From: Spirochaetales bacterium
GTDB lineage: Bacteria > Spirochaetota > Spirochaetia > JABEVK01
Direction: 5' to 3'
Assembly: GCA_037142615.1 (NCBI GenBank)
Contig: JBAXAI010000033.1
Span: 1 to 41,884, forward strand
Length of the DNA: 41,884 nt
The notes beneath the pieces are model-generated. The model had not been told where the DNA came from and searched no databases. It saw only the letters and a program-made list of their open reading frames with translations. Below, in pieces: positions 8,617 to 20,449 of this stretch. Each line of letters begins with the position of its first letter. The stretch's first letter is position 1. The position numbers and the translations under genes are program-made.

Positions 8617-8650
8617 TTGACGTTGTAGTATACATCTGTATACTACAACT
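8617..8650 (+). promoter_or_regulatory. Sigma70-type leaderless promoter of imuA overlapped by a perfect palindromic operator (candidate SOS box)
   Basis: TTGACG 8617-8622, TATACT 8639-8644, ATG 6 nt later; GTTGTAGTATACA-TC-TGTATACTACAAC at 8622-8649. Confidence 0.8.
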
Positions 8651-9274
8651 ATGGACTCCCCCCTTTCCACTTTTGCCGTCCAGCGTGCCGGCAACCTTCC
8701 CCGATCGTTTGCCGACACGGGCTCGGCGTTGCTCTCGCGGGCCCGGGTCTGCGGCCGGGTGGTCGAAGTGTCCGAGGCCGGGGCGTTCGGGGCCATGAGC
8801 GCCCTGTGCCCGCTGATTGCCGAGGTGCAGGCCCGTGGCGAGCCTGTCGCCTGGGTCGAGGCGGGCCCCAGCGTCTTTTTTCCCCCCGATCTGCACTTTT
8901 TAGGCATCGATGTCGAGGCCATCCCGGTGTTCTGGTCGCCCGAGGCCAAGGCGGGTTTGCAGGCGACCGACTGGCTGGTTCGCTCGGGGGCCTTTGGGTT
9001 GGTGGTGGCCGACTGGGGCACCCACAAGGTGGACGATGCCCTGCTCGGTCGGCTCGCGCGCTTGGCGCAGGAACAGAGCACCACGGTGGTCTTCCTGACG
9101 CGAAAAGAGTCGGCGGAAGCCTCGCTGGGGGCCTTGGTCTCGTTGCGGGTGGCGGTCTCGAAAGTCCCGGGTGACGGGCAGGGCTCGGCGGAACTCGTGG
9201 TGCTCAAAGACAAAAAACCCGGAGCTGCCCTGCAGCAAAGGATGAGCTTCGATGGTCCGCTTGGCCTGTATTAG
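8651..9274 (+). CDS. imuA: ImuA-like RecA-family mutasome accessory protein
   Basis: GRVVEV, degenerate P-loop, VAWVE, FFPPDL..LGID, LVRSGAFGLVVAD; first gene of an imuA-imuB-dnaE2 cassette. Confidence 0.8.
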   Translation: MDSPLSTFAVQRAGNLPRSFADTGSALLSRARVCGRVVEVSEAGAFGAMSALCPLIAEVQARGEPVAWVEAGPSVFFPPDLHFLGIDVEAIPVFWSPEAKAGLQATDWLVRSGAFGLVVADWGTHKVDDALLGRLARLAQEQSTTVVFLTRKESAEASLGALVSLRVAVSKVPGDGQGSAELVVLKDKKPGAALQQRMSFDGPLGLY

Positions 9275-10718
9275 CGTGCCCCGGCTCCCCTTGCAGATCG
9301 CTCAAGCGCGAGAGACCGAGCTCTCGGGGCTGGAGTATCCCTTGGCCATTGTGCGCGAAGACCGGCCGACCAGTCCACTCCTGCACGTGAACCGGAGGGC
9401 GGCCGAGTTGGGGCTTCGCACGGGACTTCGCTACAGCGAGGCGCTGGCCCTCGTGTGCGACCTGCGTGCGGTCACGGTGCCCCCGGCAGAAATCCAAAGC
9501 GCGCAGCAGGCCCTGCTGGAGGTGCTGGCGCGCTGGAGTCCCGTGGTCGAACTCTGTCCCCACGATGCGGGGAGTTTCTGGGTCGCGGCCTCGGGACTCT
9601 CCAGCCTTTTTGGCAGCGAGGCCCAGTGGGGTGCCGGGGTACGGGCAGCGGTGAAAGGCCTCGGTTACCGGGCCGTGGTTGTGGTGGGGTTCACCCGGGG
9701 GGCGACGTTGGTGCTGGCCCGGTCGCGGCGGCGTAGCGCGGTCCTGGGGTCTCCCGAGGCCGAGCAGCGGGCCCTGGCCCAAGCCCCGTTGTCGGAAGTG
9801 CCGCTGGAACCCCGGCATCGGCGCCTGCTCGAGCGGCTGGGGGTTCACCGCTTCGGCCAGTTGGCGGCGCTGAGCTCCGATGAGTTGGCCCGCCGGTTTG
9901 GGGTGGCGCTGGTCCGAGAACTTCAGGCCTTCCGAACCCTCACCCTGCCGCTTCAACCTTCTGGGCTGGAAGTCGCTGCGCCGCTGATCCGCCAGCTCGA
10001 AGCCCCGGTGACCGACCGGGCTTTGCTGTTGCCGGTGGTGCACGAACTGCTGGATCCGGTGCTCGACCGCCTACGTCGGCAGGGCCGGTTGCTGGCCGAA
10101 CTGCGGCTGGAGTTCGGCCTCGAGCTTTGGGCCTCAAGCCTGACGCCGGCCCGGCTCGTCGAGGTGCTCCGACCGGCGGCGCCCACCAGCGAGGCCAAGG
10201 TGTGGCATCGACTGGTCAGCCTCCGCCTCAGCCAGGGGGAGTTTCCCGCCGCCGTGACCGAAGTGGGTCTCGGCTACGAAGAAGTCGGCCCACCCCCCGG
10301 CTCAGGTGAGCTCTTTGCCCTTCCCCCGACCCGGGACGCTCGGCGGGGGGCCGAGGCCCTGGCCCTGATACGGGCCCAATGGGGGAACGCCAGTGTCGTC
10401 CACTCGGTGCTCCTCGACAGTCATGTTCCCGAACAGGCCTTCTGCTGGGAAGAGACGACCGAGGTTCCGACCCCCAGCCCGCTGGTCCGCGGCGAGCTTG
10501 GGGTGTCAGTACGCCGGGTTTTCCGACAAGCAGCACCCCGGCGGGCTCCTGGAGCGGGGCTCCGTTTGGGCGGGCCTTTTGTGCTGAAGCAGGCCAGTGG
10601 AACCGATGGAGGGCGCGACCAGGAGTACTGGTTCCTCCTGACGGCCCGCCGCGAAGTGCAGTGGGTTTCGTACGACCGGCGTACCCAGCAGTCGGTCCTC
10701 AACGGTGTGGTGGACTGA
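9252..10718 (+). CDS. imuB: ImuB, catalytically inactive Y-family polymerase homologue
   Basis: RLAC...P.LPLQ, VN..A..LGLR.G....EALAL, SP.VE, LF GSE, L.RLG....G.L; no Y-polymerase acidic triad; overlaps imuA and abuts dnaE2. Confidence 0.85.
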   Translation: MVRLACISVPRLPLQIAQARETELSGLEYPLAIVREDRPTSPLLHVNRRAAELGLRTGLRYSEALALVCDLRAVTVPPAEIQSAQQALLEVLARWSPVVELCPHDAGSFWVAASGLSSLFGSEAQWGAGVRAAVKGLGYRAVVVVGFTRGATLVLARSRRRSAVLGSPEAEQRALAQAPLSEVPLEPRHRRLLERLGVHRFGQLAALSSDELARRFGVALVRELQAFRTLTLPLQPSGLEVAAPLIRQLEAPVTDRALLLPVVHELLDPVLDRLRRQGRLLAELRLEFGLELWASSLTPARLVEVLRPAAPTSEAKVWHRLVSLRLSQGEFPAAVTEVGLGYEEVGPPPGSGELFALPPTRDARRGAEALALIRAQWGNASVVHSVLLDSHVPEQAFCWEETTEVPTPSPLVRGELGVSVRRVFRQAAPRRAPGAGLRLGGPFVLKQASGTDGGRDQEYWFLLTARREVQWVSYDRRTQQSVLNGVVD

Positions 10719-10719
10719 G

Positions 10720-13953
<3,234 letters not shown>

Positions 13954-13975
13954 CCAGGAAAGGGGTACATTCAGT

Positions 13976-14719
13976 CTACTTGAGATAGCCGCTCACGATC
14001 TGCGCAAAGGTGCCCTTGGCCTTGAGGTCATCCAGGGCCTTCTGAAACTGCTGAACCACAGAATCAGGAGTTCGCCGGTTGAACCCAAAGTAATGCGAGC
14101 CAGCGGCCAGCACAACAAAGGTTTTCAGCTGACCTTGCGCCTGCAGACTGGGGTCGTGCGACCAAAGCCACCGGAGCACATTTTCGTCATACGCCACGAA
14201 ATCGACGCGGTCGGCCAAGAGCATTTTCAGCAGGTTAATGGCGCCGGGGGCGTACTGCAAATCCTTGGCAGGAAAACCTTTGGACAGAAGCAACTGCTCC
14301 CCGGCATCGTCGCGAATAACCCCCACGCGATACCCGGCCGCCTGGGCGACCGAAGTCACCGCGAAGGTGGCGTTGTTTCGGCCTATCAAAACATTCTTGG
14401 CCGAAGTGATCGGCCCCGCCCACTTGAACAGAGTTTCACGGTCGGCAGTGCGTGTCATGGCAAACAGCACGGTATTCGGCGTTTCCAGCAACTCCCGGTA
14501 CGAACGGGCCCAAGGAAGCACCTTCACATCGCCAACCGTCAACCGAGAATGGAGAGCGGTGAGAACCTCGGCCAGAATCTCGATCGAGGTGCCACGCAAC
14601 TCGCCACCCTCGGTGAAGTTGTACGGGGGGAAATCCTCGCTCTGCAAAATGAGGTTGTCGACAGTCTGAGCCCCCAGGAACGGGACCATCAGGAGACCCA
14701 CCAGCAGGGCCACACGCAT
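13976..14719 (-). CDS. Orphan amino-acid-type ABC substrate-binding protein (SBP family 3)
   Basis: Signal peptide, EDFPPYNF, G..IEI, PWAR, RT.DRE..FKWAGP, RVD; no permease nearby. Start moved to MRVALL. Confidence 0.8.
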   Translation of the reverse strand: MRVALLVGLLMVPFLGAQTVDNLILQSEDFPPYNFTEGGELRGTSIEILAEVLTALHSRLTVGDVKVLPWARSYRELLETPNTVLFAMTRTADRETLFKWAGPITSAKNVLIGRNNATFAVTSVAQAAGYRVGVIRDDAGEQLLLSKGFPAKDLQYAPGAINLLKMLLADRVDFVAYDENVLRWLWSHDPSLQAQGQLKTFVVLAAGSHYFGFNRRTPDSVVQQFQKALDDLKAKGTFAQIVSGYLK

Positions 14720-14869
14720 GTGTTTCACCCTCTTACCTTCCGATCGAAAGCCCGACCTGTCAAGTCGTTCCGCCAAAGTGAAGCGTGGCCTACCCTCATG
14801 AATTGAAAGCTATACCTTCTTCACCCGAGACCAAAGGTTGCCCTCACACTGGTGTTGTAGGAGACCACT

Positions 14870-15736
14870 ATGAACCCGAAACCACGTCCTCGTTTCTTTG
14901 TGGGCATCGACTCTGACGGCTGCGCCTTCGACGCCATGGAGATCAAGCACAAGGAGTGCTTTACCCCCAACACCATTCTGCATTGGAAGCTCCAGCCGGT
15001 TTCGAAGTACGCCCGCCAAACGGCCGACTTCGTGAACCTGTATTCGTGCTGGCGCGGTGGCAACCGCTGGCCGTCGCTGGTCAAGGTTCTGGAATTGCTG
15101 GCCGAGCATCCCGAGGTGCGGGAGCGGGGTTTCCGGGTTCCCGAGCCCGTAGCGCTCCGCCAGTTTGTGGCTTCGGGCTTTCCGCTCAGTGACGTCGGTT
15201 TGGCAGACTACCGTCGCCAGTACCCCGACCTGGAGCTCGAAACCGCCGCCGCGTGGTCGGCCGGAGTCAACCAAAGCATTGCGACGATGGTTCACGGGGT
15301 GCCTCCTTTCCCGGGCGTGCGGGAGACTCTTCAGCTGATGAAGCCCACCGCCGAACTGATGGTGGTGTCGGCGACCCCGGTCGAGGCACTGCAGCGCGAG
15401 TGGAACGAGCACGGGCTGGCCGAGTTCATGACCGTGATCGCGGGGCAGGAACAAGGGACCAAGAGGCAACATCTGGAAACCTTTGCCAAAGGAAACTACC
15501 CCGACGACCACATTCTGCTCATCGGTGACGCCCCGGCCGACCGCGACACGGCTCGGGCGGCTGGGGTGCTCTACTACCCCATCAATCCTGGGTACGAGGC
15601 GGAGTCGTGGCGGCGTTTGGCCAACGAAGCCTATCCGCGCTTCTTGAACTTAACCTACGCCGGAGCCTACGAGACGGCACGGATTGCCGAGTTTGAGGCT
15701 CTTTTGCCCACCACACCCCCCTGGAGGAAATCATGA
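14870..15736 (+). CDS. HAD-superfamily hydrolase / phosphotransferase
   Basis: Motif I GIDSDG, motif II VVSAT, motif III GTK, motif IV IGDAPAD; ATGA overlap with the GH3 gene. Confidence 0.85.
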   Translation: MNPKPRPRFFVGIDSDGCAFDAMEIKHKECFTPNTILHWKLQPVSKYARQTADFVNLYSCWRGGNRWPSLVKVLELLAEHPEVRERGFRVPEPVALRQFVASGFPLSDVGLADYRRQYPDLELETAAAWSAGVNQSIATMVHGVPPFPGVRETLQLMKPTAELMVVSATPVEALQREWNEHGLAEFMTVIAGQEQGTKRQHLETFAKGNYPDDHILLIGDAPADRDTARAAGVLYYPINPGYEAESWRRLANEAYPRFLNLTYAGAYETARIAEFEALLPTTPPWRKS

Positions 15737-17478
15737 TCAACCTGAAAGCCAAGCCCTTTTCCCTCGACGACGAGGCCGTCGCCTGGGTCAACACCACCCT
15801 CGCGAAGATGACGATGGAAGAGAAGATCGGACAACTGTTCGTCAACATGGGCACCAGCCGCGACGAGACCTACCTTAGGCAAGCGGTCGCCAAGTACCAG
15901 TTCGGCGGCGTGCGGTACAACCCGGCTTCCGCAGCCGACATCCACGAGCAAAACCGTATTTTGCAAGACGCAAGCCGGATTCCCCTGCTCATCGCGGCCA
16001 ACACCGAGGCCGGGGGCAACGGCGCCTGCACCGACGGCACCGAGGTAGGCCTGCACGTCAAAATCGGCGCCACGGGCGACCCCCGCTACGCCTACGAGCT
16101 CGGCCGGGTTTCGGGCGTCGAGGCCGCCGCGGTGGGGTGCAACTGGAGTTTCGCCCCCATTGTCGACATCCACCGCAACTGGCGAAACCCCATCGTCTCG
16201 AGCCGCTGTTTCAGCCAAGACGCCGACGTCGTGCTGGCCATGGGCCGCGAGTACATGCGCGGCATCGGCGAAAGCGGCATTGCGTGCGCCATGAAACACT
16301 TTCCCGGAGACGGCGTTGACGAGCGCGACCAGCACCTTTCTACCAGCGTCAATTCGATGACCCGCCAGGAATGGGATGAGAGTTTCGGCAAGGTGTACTC
16401 AGGCCTCATCGACGCCGGAATCCCGTCAGTGATGGTAGGGCATATTCTGCTCCCGGCGCACTCGAAGGAACTGTTGCCGGCCACGCTGTCGCACGAGCTG
16501 GTCACCGGGCTTCTCAAGACCAAGCTCGGCTTCCAAGGCGTGGTGGTGACTGACGCCAGCCACATGGTCGGCCTCACCGGCGTCATGCGCAGGCGCGACC
16601 TCGTGCCGGCGGCCATTGCGGCCGGTTGCGATCTGTTCCTGTTCTTCAATGATCCCGACGAGGACTTTGGCTACATGCTCGAAGGCTACCGCGCCGGTGT
16701 GATCACAGACGAGCGTCTGAACGACGCGATGACCCGCATCCTGGGCCTCAAAGCGTCGCTGGGACTTCCCGAGAAGCAGGCTGCGGGCACGCTCGTACCA
16801 CCGAAACAAGCGGCGCTGGCGTCGATCGGTCTCCCGGCCAACAAAGCCCTTTTCGCCGAGGTGGCCGACAAAGCCATCACGCTGGTCAAGAATGTCGGCA
16901 ACCCCATCCTTCCGCTCACCCCCGGCCGTTACCCGCGGCTGCTGCTGGTACCCGTGAAAGGACCCGACAACCCGGCGGCCTCGTTCTTCGGGGTAGGTAA
17001 GGGCCCACAGCCGACGGAACTGCTGGCCGAGTTGCTCCGCGCACAGGGGTTCGAAGTGACCATTTTTGAGTCGCTGTTCAACAAAATCCTCAAACTCGGC
17101 GAAGACGAGAGGCGCACCGCCGTTTTGAACATGTACGCCGGCAAGGCCGCCGTCGCCGAGTTCACAGCCGCCTACGACGCGGTGATCAACGTGGCCAACG
17201 TCATCGGCGGGATGCAGCCTGTGGAGCGGATCAGTTGGCCCGCCAGCAAGGGCACACCGGACATTCCTTGGTACGTGCACGAGTTGCCTACCGTGTTCGT
17301 GTCGGTGGCCTGCCCGTTCCACCTGGCCGATGCCCCCCAGGTGAAGTGCTACATCAACACCTACGACGGTCGCCCGGCGACGATGGAATTGCTGGTCGAG
17401 AAGCTGCTGGGCCGCTCGCCCTTCTTGGGGACCAGCCCCGTCGATGCGTTCTGTGGCTTTGTGGACACCCACCTGTAG
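15733..17478 (+). CDS. GH3 glycoside hydrolase/phosphorylase (Nag3/BglP-like, two-domain, cytoplasmic)
   Basis: MTMEEKIGQLF, FAPIVDI, KHFPGDGVDERDQH (His/Asp dyad loop), VVTDA nucleophile, C-terminal SPVDAFCG; no signal peptide. Confidence 0.9.
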   Translation: MINLKAKPFSLDDEAVAWVNTTLAKMTMEEKIGQLFVNMGTSRDETYLRQAVAKYQFGGVRYNPASAADIHEQNRILQDASRIPLLIAANTEAGGNGACTDGTEVGLHVKIGATGDPRYAYELGRVSGVEAAAVGCNWSFAPIVDIHRNWRNPIVSSRCFSQDADVVLAMGREYMRGIGESGIACAMKHFPGDGVDERDQHLSTSVNSMTRQEWDESFGKVYSGLIDAGIPSVMVGHILLPAHSKELLPATLSHELVTGLLKTKLGFQGVVVTDASHMVGLTGVMRRRDLVPAAIAAGCDLFLFFNDPDEDFGYMLEGYRAGVITDERLNDAMTRILGLKASLGLPEKQAAGTLVPPKQAALASIGLPANKALFAEVADKAITLVKNVGNPILPLTPGRYPRLLLVPVKGPDNPAASFFGVGKGPQPTELLAELLRAQGFEVTIFESLFNKILKLGEDERRTAVLNMYAGKAAVAEFTAAYDAVINVANVIGGMQPVERISWPASKGTPDIPWYVHELPTVFVSVACPFHLADAPQVKCYINTYDGRPATMELLVEKLLGRSPFLGTSPVDAFCGFVDTHL

Positions 17479-17494
17479 TCAGGGCGGGACCCTG

Positions 17495-17781
17495 GGAGCC
17501 TGTCGGACTTAGGGGCCGGGTTTTGGGCGAAGGAGCTGGGGGCCGGCTGGGCCTCTGAGCGAGTGCCATAATCCGTTATGGTGCGACCGAAGAGGCCCAG
17601 CCGACCCCCAGGGGCTCGTCCAAAACCCGGCGTCCAAAGGTCTTTCGGTCCATTCGGGCGTCTTTCGGTCTGATTCCGGCCCGTCAGTCGCCCCGAATCT
17701 CGATTCGAGGCTCTTTCCGATCCAAAATCATCCTCGAAACTCGCTCCGAATGGATCCGAAACCCTAAGTCCGACAGACTCC
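17495..17781. mobile_element. MITE-like non-autonomous element (287 bp) with 20-bp terminal inverted repeats
   Basis: GGAGCCTGTCGGACTTAGGG (17495-17514) vs reverse complement of 17762-17781 GGAGTCTGTCGGACTTAGGG (1 mismatch); internal ~40-bp-arm hairpin; no ORF; no clean target-site duplication. Confidence 0.7.
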
Positions 17782-17782
17782 T

Positions 17783-18988
17783 CTAGGCGGAAGCTTCGGG
17801 TCGGCTGCGGCGGAACTCCGAAGGCGTGGAGCCCTTCACCTGACGGAACTTGCGCGAAAAGTGGTTCGCGTCATGAAAGCCCACGAAGGCGGCGATCTCT
17901 TTCATCGACAGGTTGGACCACTGCAGCAAATGGGCCGCCTCGTCGACCCGGCGCGCCTGCACAAACTCGGTGAAGGTGACCTTGAGCTCGGTGCGGAACC
18001 GGTTGGCCAAGTGCGACGGTGACATGCCAAACCTCGTGGCCAAGTGCGCACTGGAAAGGTCCTCGTGCAGGTGGAGCACGATGTGGTCGACGACCTTGCG
18101 CGTCACGGGGGTCAGGCCCTCCCGCCGGTTCTGATTCACGGCCTCGAGATAGGTCTGCGCCATCGTGTCGTGCAGGCGGTATACCTCGGTGGCGGTCTTG
18201 CAGGCCTCGATCTCAACGGCGTAGCGGGCCGAGATCTGGTGCAACAGCACCGGGTGCAGCCCCCCGCGTTGGGCGGCCGTGCGGAGCAGGGTGTTGTACA
18301 CAAAACTGATGTTCTTGGCCGACCTCAGCGGGTTGTTCTCGACGCGGTCCTCGATGTGCAGCACGGTGCCGTCTTTGTGCATGACGGCGTCGTAGAGCTC
18401 GTGGCTGCCCGTCTCGACGGCCCGGCGAATGGCCGCCTCGACCCGGTAGCGCTTCTCGATGGTGTGCTGGTCAAGCATCGAGGTCTCACTTGGCAGTTCG
18501 GGCTTCCGCTTCTGCTGGGCGGAACGGAAGTACAGCATTTCGGCCAGCGGTCGGGCCGAGTCGAGCAGGGTCTGAACCCACGGCCCCAGCGACGAGGCAT
18601 AACGGCTCCCCACCAGGGGCAGGCTTTCGTACAGCGCCGACAGCGAGAGCCGGTCCACAGGCGGCAACCGGTGCTGCGACATCAACCGGATCACCTCTTC
18701 GGTGGTCACAGGCACGGTGCGAAACGGCCCCAAAGCCACGGCCCCTTCCCCTCGGCACGGAACCACGACATACTCCAGATGACCCGACGATGACGCCGAC
18801 ACCGGAACCTCACGCTCCAGCAACGTCGCCATTTGCTCCCAGTCGGCCTCGCCCAACGTCAAGGAGGGGGGCACTTCGAGCCTCGTCACCTGCGAGACAA
18901 CAGTCCCCTCGGCACCTCGGTAGACGACGTCGAGGCCCGTGACGTCGTGAAGAAGTCGTAGTTTCTGTGAAATATCGTCTTCTAGCAT
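17783..18988 (-). CDS. AraC-family transcriptional regulator with N-terminal sensor domain
   Basis: C-terminal LA.RFGMSPSHL...F...IA..VGF.DANHFSR.F....G.TPSEFR; LRSAKN..FVYNTLLR.AA..GG motif. Real start at MLEDDISQK (18988); divergent from the transporter. Confidence 0.9.
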   Translation of the reverse strand: MLEDDISQKLRLLHDVTGLDVVYRGAEGTVVSQVTRLEVPPSLTLGEADWEQMATLLEREVPVSASSSGHLEYVVVPCRGEGAVALGPFRTVPVTTEEVIRLMSQHRLPPVDRLSLSALYESLPLVGSRYASSLGPWVQTLLDSARPLAEMLYFRSAQQKRKPELPSETSMLDQHTIEKRYRVEAAIRRAVETGSHELYDAVMHKDGTVLHIEDRVENNPLRSAKNISFVYNTLLRTAAQRGGLHPVLLHQISARYAVEIEACKTATEVYRLHDTMAQTYLEAVNQNRREGLTPVTRKVVDHIVLHLHEDLSSAHLATRFGMSPSHLANRFRTELKVTFTEFVQARRVDEAAHLLQWSNLSMKEIAAFVGFHDANHFSRKFRQVKGSTPSEFRRSRPEASA

Positions 18989-19057
18989 GAACTGTAGCCT
19001 AAACCTTTTGCGCCGTGATTTCCAGCGTGGGTGGAGACTGAACCCATCGGAGGAACG

Positions 19058-20449
19058 ATGATGAATACGACGACAAACGCGCTGCGGTCTGCGAAACCCT
19101 TTGGTTGGAAAGACCGCCTGAGCTACATGATGGGGGACCTCGGCAACGATTTTACCTTCATCATGATGGCCGCCTTCCTGATGCTTTTCTACACCGAAGT
19201 GCTGAAGATCGCCCCGGCGATGGCCGGCCTCATCCTGGTCGGAGCCCGCGTGTGGGATGCCTTCGCCGACGTGACAGCCGGCCTGTTTATCGACGCCCGC
19301 AAGCCGGGAAAGTGGGGCAAGTTCCGGCCGTTCCTGATCTTCGGTGCGCTGCCAGTCACCATCATGGGTGTGCTCACCTTCACGCAGATTCCGGGACTGA
19401 CGCCCGAAATGACCGTGGTTTGGGCCGCTGCCACCTACATCCTGTGGGGCACGGCGTACTCGTTTATCAACATCCCCTACGGCTCGCTGGCCTCGGTCGT
19501 CACCGAAGACCCCGTGCACCGCACTTCGCTGTCCACCTGGCGCAACATCGGCGCGCTGGTTGCGAACAGCACCATCACCGCGGTCGCTCCGCTGTTCATT
19601 TTCGCCAACGGCGGCAAACCCACGGCGGCCGGGTTCCTGACGGTCATGATCTTGTTCACGGTGGCGGCGGTGGTCAGCTACTTGCTGGCCTGGGCCGGTT
19701 CCACCGAGCGCATTCCCGCAGCCAAGGCGCCCAAGCTCGAGATCCGCAAAAGCTTGAAGGGCCTGATCCGCAACCGCCCGCTCATCGGCCTGATGCTCAC
19801 CTCGTTCAGCCTGCTGATCGCACAACTGACCACCTCGACTCTGAACGCCTACTTGTTCAAGGACTTCTTCGCCAACCCCAAACTGGTGTCGCTGGTGGGT
19901 CCGGTCACGCTGACGAGCACGGTTCTGGTCATCCTGGGTATCCAGTTCCTGGTCAAGCGCATCGGCAAGAAGGAAACCGCCGTGATCGGCATCTCGGTGT
20001 CGGCGCTGTTCTACTTCGTGCAGTTCCTGTTCCCGGTCCACGACCCCTATATCTTCCTGGGCCTGCTGTTCGTTTCGCTGGTCGGACTGGCCATGCTGAA
20101 CGTCCTCATTTGGGCGCTGGTGGCCGACGCGATCGACTACCAGGAGCTGCTCACGCACAAGCGGGAAGAAGGCATTGTGTACTCGCTCTACAGCTTTATG
20201 CGCAAGATGGGCCAAGCCGTTGCCGGAGGTTTCGGCGCCTTCGTGCTGGCCTCGGTGGGCTACGTGTCGGGTGCTGCCACGCAGAACGCCCAGGTGGCCA
20301 ACGGCGTGCGCGACGCGGTGACGCTGATTCCGGCCGTGTGCATGACCATCAGCTTGGTGTGCCTTCTGTTCGTCTACAACCTGTCGAAGCCCAAGCTGGC
20401 CAAGATGGTCGAGGAACTGCACACCAGCCGCGAGGAACGGGGACTATGA
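19058..20449 (+). CDS. GPH-family (glycoside-pentoside-hexuronide:cation) MFS symporter, GusB/UidB-like
   Basis: Y.MGDLGN, ARVWDAF.D, GKFRPF, NIPYGSL, D.IDY.E...KREEG..YS...F.RK; about 12 hydrophobic segments; GGAGGA RBS. Confidence 0.9.
   Translation: MMNTTTNALRSAKPFGWKDRLSYMMGDLGNDFTFIMMAAFLMLFYTEVLKIAPAMAGLILVGARVWDAFADVTAGLFIDARKPGKWGKFRPFLIFGALPVTIMGVLTFTQIPGLTPEMTVVWAAATYILWGTAYSFINIPYGSLASVVTEDPVHRTSLSTWRNIGALVANSTITAVAPLFIFANGGKPTAAGFLTVMILFTVAAVVSYLLAWAGSTERIPAAKAPKLEIRKSLKGLIRNRPLIGLMLTSFSLLIAQLTTSTLNAYLFKDFFANPKLVSLVGPVTLTSTVLVILGIQFLVKRIGKKETAVIGISVSALFYFVQFLFPVHDPYIFLGLLFVSLVGLAMLNVLIWALVADAIDYQELLTHKREEGIVYSLYSFMRKMGQAVAGGFGAFVLASVGYVSGAATQNAQVANGVRDAVTLIPAVCMTISLVCLLFVYNLSKPKLAKMVEELHTSREERGL

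Noticed and set aside
8622-8649. E. coli-type LexA box or simple intrinsic terminator
   Set aside because: CTGT is not followed by N8-ACAG; the stem is AT-rich with a 2-nt loop and no U-tract, and it overlaps promoter elements.
18989-20422. 879-aa AraC ORF with a long N-terminal extension
   Set aside because: The extension is the antisense of the GPH transporter; the real AraC starts at 18988.
19105-20445. 1196-aa GH2 ORF or transporter-GH2 fusion
   Set aside because: The first ~447 codons are an off-frame overlap with the transporter; GH2 has its own RBS and ATG at 20446 overlapping the transporter stop.
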